Assembly (NCBI GenBank): GCA_951406725.2
Contig: OX597830.1
Span: 9,858,001-9,922,000, forward strand
DNA length: 64,000 nt
Origin: Octopus vulgaris
Lineage: Eukaryota
Reading direction: 5' to 3'
The notes below the pieces were generated by a model, which saw nothing but the letters and a program-made list of their open reading frames with translations, ran no database searches and was not told where the DNA came from. The translations under genes and the position numbers were made by a program. Below, piece by piece: positions 55,961-64,000 of the stretch. How positions within the stretch are numbered: the stretch's first letter is position 1; each line of letters begins with the position of its first letter.

Positions 55961-56265
55961 ATATAACAGTTCGTTTTAATATAGGATCAGCCCAAAGGTA
56001 TTCAATCCAATGCGAGATAAATATCAGTCAATGTACACTAGAGCTGCACGTTAGTTCCTTCAGGTTTCATGCTTATATAATACAGCAATCGGACAGGCTT
56101 CTATCGTGAACCATGTACGTTGTGTATGCATGTATGTATGTATGTATGTATGTATGTATGTATGTATGTATGTATGTATGTATGTATGTATGTATGTATG
56201 TATTTATGCATGTATGTATGTATGTATGTATGTATGTATGTATGCATGTATGTATGTATATATGT

Positions 56266-57215
<950 letters not shown>

Positions 57216-57264
57216 GCAACAACAGCAGCAGCAACAACGACAACAACAATAATAATAATCATTT

Positions 57265-57470
57265 CTACTATAGGCACAAGATCTGGAATTTGGGAGAGGG
57301 GACTAGTCGATTACATCGACGCCAATAGTCATCTGGTATTTAATTTATCGACCCCGAAATGAGGAAAGGCAAAACTGACCTCGTCGGAATTTGAACTCAG
57401 AACGTAGAGAAAGACGAAATACCGCAAAGCATTTCGTCCGGCGTGCTAACGATTCTGCCAGCTTACCGCC

Positions 57471-57472
<2 letters not shown>
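57265..57472 (-). mobile_element. SINE family A with alternative tail, within (AAT)n
   Basis: Family A core; tail as in 3855-4272. Confidence 0.8.
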
Positions 57473-57519
<47 letters not shown>

Positions 57520-57563
57520 TAATAATAATAATAATGATAATAATGATGATAATAATGATAGTG

Positions 57564-57594
<31 letters not shown>

Positions 57595-57660
57595 TAATAA
57601 TGACCCAGTGTCACTTTGATAGCACGTACTGCTCTCTCACACAATAATAATAATAATAAT

Positions 57661-57715
<55 letters not shown>

Positions 57716-58847
57716 TATGTATGTATATATTTATGTATGGCATGTACGATATATATGTGTGTGTTGATCTATGTGCAATTCTGATGAGAACTGTTATTAA
57801 CAACGTGGTACGGCAGTGTGTATATGTCTATGAGAGCGTGTATATATATGTGTTACAAACGCACATCTATGCTATACACAGAAATATGTAAAGGTTTCAT
57901 ATCTTTTCTCACCCGTTTTATAGCATCACTTTCGTTTCGTTGTCGGGTGGTAACCATGGGATTTATACTCGTTCCTCACTCGCTTCGTTCCATTGTTTTC
58001 GTTATTATGTCGGGCGGTGACTAAAATCTCGAAAAAATAAAACAAAAAAAGCAAACGAACAAGAAATAAATAAATTAAAAAAAACACTAAGCGCACAAAC
58101 CAACAATTTAAAGCAACGACCACTCATAAAAACATCTAAACAGCATGAAAGTCTTTGACGTACAGCTGTCTGCTTTCTCCATAAATCATTCTATTGACTT
58201 GTCGCCTGATAACCATGTATGTACCACACCCATGCACAACGCCTCGACATCGCTGCCGTCTTAGCCACGCTACGGTATATAATATTTCGAAGTTTGGTCT
58301 CATTAGTTATTTCAGTTTATAGTGTGTGACGTGATATTCCTACATTGTCAAACAAACTTAGTGTTGAATATTTCAACTATAGCTTATAGCTTAAAAGGTA
58401 CTTAAATTCTATATAAACCCTTCAGAACGATGGCACTATAAAATTACAAAGGATTAAAAAATGAAAGAGAAATACAATAACCTTTACCGAGAAGATTTAT
58501 TGCGAAATATCATATGAAACAATGAAACTGGAATAAATTCATTTTTAAAGCGAGAATAGTTTTACGATAATTGTCTATAAAACACAAGGCTGTTTTGTTA
58601 TTTTCTTCCACCCTGCAAATATCATACAAGATCTGTTAAAATTATATGGTTCTTGAGATTTTTTTTCAAATATTTAAATATTATTTGAAATGCAACGTAA
58701 GATTTTTTTTTCTTCGTTTCTGATAAACATGCAGTTTTATTTATTTTTGCTGTGAAGGGTAAGATGGAAAATAAAATATGGTCACACGAGAACTTTTTAT
58801 CTTTACGTATGGCAAAAAAAAAAAACCAGAAAAGAATTGAAAATCGA

Positions 58848-58886
58848 TCTGATTAGTTTCAAGAATTCTTAGATCTTCATCGGAGA
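58848..58886 (-). ncRNA. Degenerate hammerhead motif
   Basis: Minus strand tct CCGATGA aga tctaagaat tct t GAAAC TA ATC aga; two substitutions at conserved positions. Confidence 0.4.
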
Positions 58887-58926
58887 GCGAAGAAATTGGT
58901 TTTACATCGACATATAAAGACAGTAG

Positions 58927-58990
<64 letters not shown>

Positions 58991-59270
58991 ATACTAGTTC
59001 GTATATTTTTACATGTGTTGCGCTGATAATGGGAAGTGAATCTATTTAAGATTTTAATATTGAAATTAGCTAATTCGCAAAAAATGTGGAATCTTTTTTA
59101 AATATCTTCTCACTAACCCGCTTTCAAACGCATGCATTTATGGAGATTTTCTCGGTAGCTTCATACTGTTAAGACATTTATTCAGTATGGAGGAAAAAAA
59201 ACATGTTTCGACTTTCTCACTTATCATTATTATTATTATTATTATTATTATCATTATTATTATTATTATT

Positions 59271-59609
59271 GTGGTGACCCCCTTCGGTCAGACACTGACC
59301 ATGGGTTTGCACCTAGAGAGTTACCCTCTGAGGCACAAGTCTGGGCAAGGTTGTTTTTGGAAGACCAGCAGTCGCCCATGCATACCGGCCTCCCCTCTTC
59401 ACGTCACCGATGTTGTCCAAGGGAAAGGCAAGGGCCGATACAGCGTGGCACCTGTGACGTTGCAACTCATTTCTACAGCTGAGTGAACTGGAGCAACATG
59501 AAATAAAGTGTCTTGCTCAAGAACACAACATGCAGCCCGGTCCGGGATTCGAGCTCACAACCTCACGATCGTAAGCTCGACGCTCTAACCACTGAGCCAC
59601 GCGCCTTCA

Positions 59610-59610
<1 letters not shown>
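59271..59610 (-). mobile_element. SINE family D within (ATT)n
   Basis: Minus strand gaaggcgcgtggctcagtggttagagcg...ttcttgagcaagacacttta. Confidence 0.8.
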
Positions 59611-59672
<62 letters not shown>

Positions 59673-59925
59673 AAAATATTTAGATTCAGAGGAATATGGT
59701 ACTTAAGTTGATGCACCAGAATATAGTATGGTACTATCCATACAATTTCAAAATAAGGTGATTTAAATCAAAATAAGCAACAAGGATATCCAGAGGTTAT
59801 GCATAGTTGTAACTCTATGATGTTGTTGGTAAAACATGTTCTTTGCCTATCTCCATATCCTCTTGGAGATTTTAGGTAAAATTATAATAATGTGTTCTTC
59901 TAATTTAATTAAACTCTACGTCTTT

Positions 59926-60005
59926 GTGCAGCTGAAGATTGCTCTACATTTTAAATTGATATAATGTTCAATTAAATGGAATCGCATGAAACGATCGTAC
60001 TGCAT
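59926..60005 (+). ncRNA. Type I hammerhead ribozyme inside a fold-back element (59767-60037)
   Basis: gtgcag CTGAAGA ttgc...gcat GAAAC GATC GTA ctgcat; predicted cleavage after 59999. Confidence 0.85.
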
Positions 60006-60046
60006 TGCCTCTGGATATCCTTGTTGCTTATTTTGATGATGATATA

Positions 60047-60091
<45 letters not shown>

Positions 60092-60098
60092 GTATATA

Positions 60099-60159
<61 letters not shown>

Positions 60160-60162
<3 letters not shown>

Positions 60163-60587
60163 TAAAGCCAGTTCAGTGTTGCGCAGTGGAAGGCATCTTC
60201 ACATCTATAGATTATCATATCGTATCTCTATATATCAATGGCCGATCTATATCCTGGTTGGCAAATCAGCTGTTTCCTTTCTCTAGTTATTCTTTACGTC
60301 GTACATATCGAGCGGGGTACTGAGAGCAGAAGAGAGATACAGAGAATGTGAATGTCAGACGTGCTTATTAAAATTATTAGCGGGAATCAGTATATACACA
60401 CGCACGCACGTATATAGTAAAAGAAATAATAATAGCGATATGTACGACGTAAAGAATAACTAGAGAAAGGAAACAGCTGATTTGCCAACCAAGATATAGA
60501 TCGGCCATTGATATATAGAGATACGATATGATAATCCATTGATGTAAAGTTGCCTTCCACTGCATCAAGCCTGGACTGGCTTTAATT
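60160..60587. repeat. Fold-back element with about 150-bp inverted arms
   Basis: Arms 60160-60310 / 60436-60587, near-perfect; adjacent to (TA)n. Confidence 0.9.
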
Positions 60588-60816
60588 TTTAATGGAAGAC
60601 GAACAGTTACGCACGTTAGTAAGTCTCCACTCTCAAGCCTCTGAAACCTTCCCTAAAAATGTCAAGGACACATACACCGTACCACGGTTGTCGTCGCAGG
60701 CGTCACAGCAATATGAAGGGAATCAAAAGGAATACGAGAATCTATCGGGTTCAGTTCCGTCAAAAACACTGTTCTGATGTAGTATTATGTTTATAAATGC
60801 AATATATATATATATA

Positions 60817-61040
60817 CTCTTTTACTCTTTTACTAGTTTCAGTCATTTGACTGCGGCCATGCTGGAGCACCGCCTTAAGTCGAGCAAATGGACCCCGGAA
60901 CTTATTCTTTGTAAGCCCAGTACTTATTCTATCGGTCTCTTTTGCCGAACCGCTAAGTGACGGGGACGTAAACACACCAGCATCGGTTGTCAAATGATGT
61001 TGGGGGTACAAACACAGACACGCAAACACACACACACATA
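60817..61040 (-). mobile_element. SINE family B, 3' half
   Basis: Reverse complement of the family B tail. Confidence 0.85.
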
Positions 61041-61098
61041 CATATAGTTATGTATATATGTATACATTTATATATATATTTGTATATATATAAATGTT

Positions 61099-61131
<33 letters not shown>

Positions 61132-61216
61132 ATATACATATCTATATCTATACATTTATATGTATATATATATACATATATATATGTATACATATATATG
61201 TATATATATGTATATA

Positions 61217-61256
<40 letters not shown>

Positions 61257-61269
61257 TGTGTGTGTGTAA

Positions 61270-61315
<46 letters not shown>

Positions 61316-61470
61316 GTATAAGAAAGGAGACCACTAAGTGGACTCTCATTATGCTAGTAATAGACCACCTTCGATCTAACCACAAAGATAAAGAATGTTC
61401 TCCAGAAAAATTCAGCAAATACCAGAGCGTAGCGGGTAAGACAAATGAAAATATACAAAATAAAGAATTA

Positions 61471-61530
61471 ACCGTAGACTAGTTTCGCCATGAACGATTT
61501 TACTTACGTCCGTGGCTCTTCAGTACGACC
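61471..61530 (-). ncRNA. Type I hammerhead ribozyme, canonical core
   Basis: Minus strand gtcgta CTGAAGA gccacggacg taagtaaaat cgttcatggc GAAAC TA GTC tacggt. Confidence 0.9.
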
Positions 61531-62222
61531 GTTCTAATTCAATATAATTTGAAGAACTATACACAGGTTGTCTTCATAAAAAAATTTAATTTTAAATAAT
61601 TATGTTCTCTAACCGACAAATTTCACTGCATGGAATTATCTTTTGCCTAAATATTACCGGGATTTAGCGCGTCAGAGCTGAGACATTTGAAAATAACTCC
61701 AATGTAATCGATAGAACTGTACACGAAGCAGTGGGTGACAAACAAAAATACAAGTGCACAAGCACCCATATACATGCATATATGCGTACATGCCCACACC
61801 GCGTTCTTTCAGTTTCTTCCTACCAAATCTACTCACAAGGATTTGGTCGCTCAGGGGTTATGGTAAAAGACTACATATGTTTGTGTGTATGTGTGGTGTG
61901 AACGTGTGTGTGTGTGTGTAACGAACACAAATGAGTTAAGTTTCATTACAGCTGTTTCTCAATATATAACTGAAAATGTGTGATGGAAGATACGACATGT
62001 TACCAAAAGATTTGAGAGGCCACACTGAATGCAATTTCACAATAAACATCATGTCTCTAGGTAGGTCAGCATCTCGAAATTCGAGCAACATTGTACATCA
62101 TGACTAAAAACACAGACAATGTAATTGTTATTTTAAAGTCTAAATAACACATGAGCTCGCTTTAACCCTAAGTCGATTAGCCTGCTGTGCAATCCGACAC
62201 GCATTCTCGATATTATCGTATA

Positions 62223-62292
<70 letters not shown>

Positions 62293-62478
62293 TATATAGT
62301 GTTATAATCCTTGAAAATGTTGGATTGTTATAACACCCATTTCTTTATACAGTATGCTTAGCAAAAGCAGTAAGCACACAACTATCTCTAACCACCTAGT
62401 ATATGTCCTCTTTACTTACAGTGACAATGATATGCCATTCGTCACGTGGTAGGGGTGTACAATCCTTATTAATTCCCT

Positions 62479-62526
<48 letters not shown>

Positions 62527-62530
<4 letters not shown>

Positions 62531-62624
62531 CCTACGGACGTACGTTTCGAGATCAAGTTTTAGGAGAGCATAAGAATTAGAAAATTCTACTTTAGGAGAG
62601 CATAAGAATTAGAAAATTCTAACG

Positions 62625-62625
<1 letters not shown>
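62527..62625 (-). mobile_element. 3' half of the 55021-type HHR element, with a 31-bp internal tandem duplication
   Basis: Minus strand ctaattcttatgctctcctaaaacttgatctcGAAACGTACGTCcgtaggtaac; both sides (TA)n. Confidence 0.8.
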
Positions 62626-62679
<54 letters not shown>

Positions 62680-62739
62680 TGTGTGCGTGTGTGTGTGTGT
62701 GTGTACGTATGTATATATATGTGTGTGTGTGCGTGTATG

Positions 62740-62773
<34 letters not shown>

Positions 62774-63069
62774 CGTATTTATATATATATATCAAATTAA
62801 GGAGTCAGATAGAATCACGTACTTGAAAAGACATGCACTAGGTAGGGTTCGATAAACCTGCAGTTCCGTCCTGTCCTAAATATCAAATAGGATATTCCGA
62901 TTGTGTACACAGAGAAAACTAACCCTATGAATATCTAGCACTCAGGGACTAGTTCAAAGCACGTGATACGTTGAATTGTACCTTCTTAGTATTTAAATCC
63001 CCTTGGTGTATTTTAATCAAATGATTGATAACAGACAATTATCCATCGTCTCTTATTTGACAAATGGTA

Positions 63070-63240
63070 ATTTCTGTTTGTTTGTGGTTGTGTGTGTTTG
63101 TGAATTTGTTACTTTAACTCCTGGGGAACTATTCAACCGATCTTCATGAACCTTGACATGTGCGTTTGGCTTATGCCTATGCGGACACTTAAGCACTTGG
63201 AATTTCCAAAAAATCAAAATCTTTTAATCACTTTCGTTGT
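63070..63240 (+). mobile_element. Helentron/HINE-like fragment
   Basis: gtttgt-rich stretch followed by aactattcaaccgatcttcatgaaccttg; resemblance only. Confidence 0.4.
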
Positions 63241-63289
63241 TTAATACCTCTTCTGATACGTGGCATTTGGTGACTGAGGGCGATTCCTC

Positions 63290-64000
63290 TTGCTGCCTCT
63301 ATTTGCTTCTCCTGACACAAATTCGGTTCATGTCAAACTGTTGACAGACGTAGATCCACTTTTGTTTTGATGGCATCAATATCCACCCTGTGTAGGTCTC
63401 CATGAGGATACTGACGAGCTGTGGGTCCTGAAAACCAGGCTATTGCAGTATCCTACCCTGTATCCTGATGGCTATGTTTGGATTTTTGGCATTATGCGTG
63501 TAACTTTCATTGCCAATATTTGCAACAATTTCTTCAAGAATTTTTCAGATGTATATCGCGACTTATCATTCGGACCATTGTTGTAGCAAGTACACTCTTA
63601 CCATATTCAGCCTTTCTCAGAAGCTGACATGTCGTATTCAGTCGACTTTCTTCGTGTAGCTTCGCTAGATTTCTTCGGATTGCATCGTTAATTTTACACT
63701 ATGTAGTGACCATAACTGGGAGCAGTAGTCTAAGCGGTTGAGGATATGTCCTTCAGAGGACCATTATGCTCACCTCTTATTTCGTTCGGAAATCTGTAAG
63801 GATAACTCCGACCAAATTCCTGCATTTTATTGCCAACTTAGTAATATGCAACCGGAAAATGCATCATCACTCATGTCAATGCAGAGGTGGGGGCATTGAT
63901 TTTGGTTCAGAGATTGCAATATCTCTTGTGTATCTTGCATTTCATTCAGCATCATGTGTTGGTAGTGCCGGGTTTGGAATTTTTCAGCACAAAACTGCAT
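63290..64000 (-). pseudogene. Second, more decayed copy of the CR1-group LINE
   Basis: Reverse complement aligns by eye with 49555-50000 (e.g. atctagcgaagctacacgaagaaag, tatggtca). Confidence 0.75.

Noticed and set aside
63408-63445. CTGACGA...GAAA motif
   Set aside because: Lies inside the CR1-like LINE coding remnant; no stems

Overview
Eukaryotic, AT-rich, repeat-saturated DNA with no supportable intact host protein-coding gene; almost all ORFs in the track are microsatellite translations. The repeat content looks like an octopus (cephalopod) intronic or intergenic region; this is an inference from remembered SINE families, not a database result. The window holds several tRNA-derived SINE families, decayed LINE fragments (R4/Dong-like, CR1-like x2, RTE-like), mariner/hAT/Helitron remnants and very many (TA)n, (CA)n, (TACA)n, (TAGA)n and (AAT)n tracts. 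The main unexplained signal is a dense set of type I hammerhead-ribozyme (HHR) motifs read by eye. About 14 loci have both core halves (CUGANGA...GAAA...NUH), 6 of them with canonical cores (16862-, 40825+, 41062-, 55027+, 59932+, 61477-), and about 10 more are 3'-half remnants. They sit in short non-coding elements that end in microsatellites, often as fold-back (inverted) structures, and usually have a tiny palindromic stem III. This matches Penelope-like (PLE) pLTR / non-LTR retrozyme biology, but here it spans many divergent families. It includes a variant-core subfamily and a tRNA-headed SINE carrying an HHR-derived tail.
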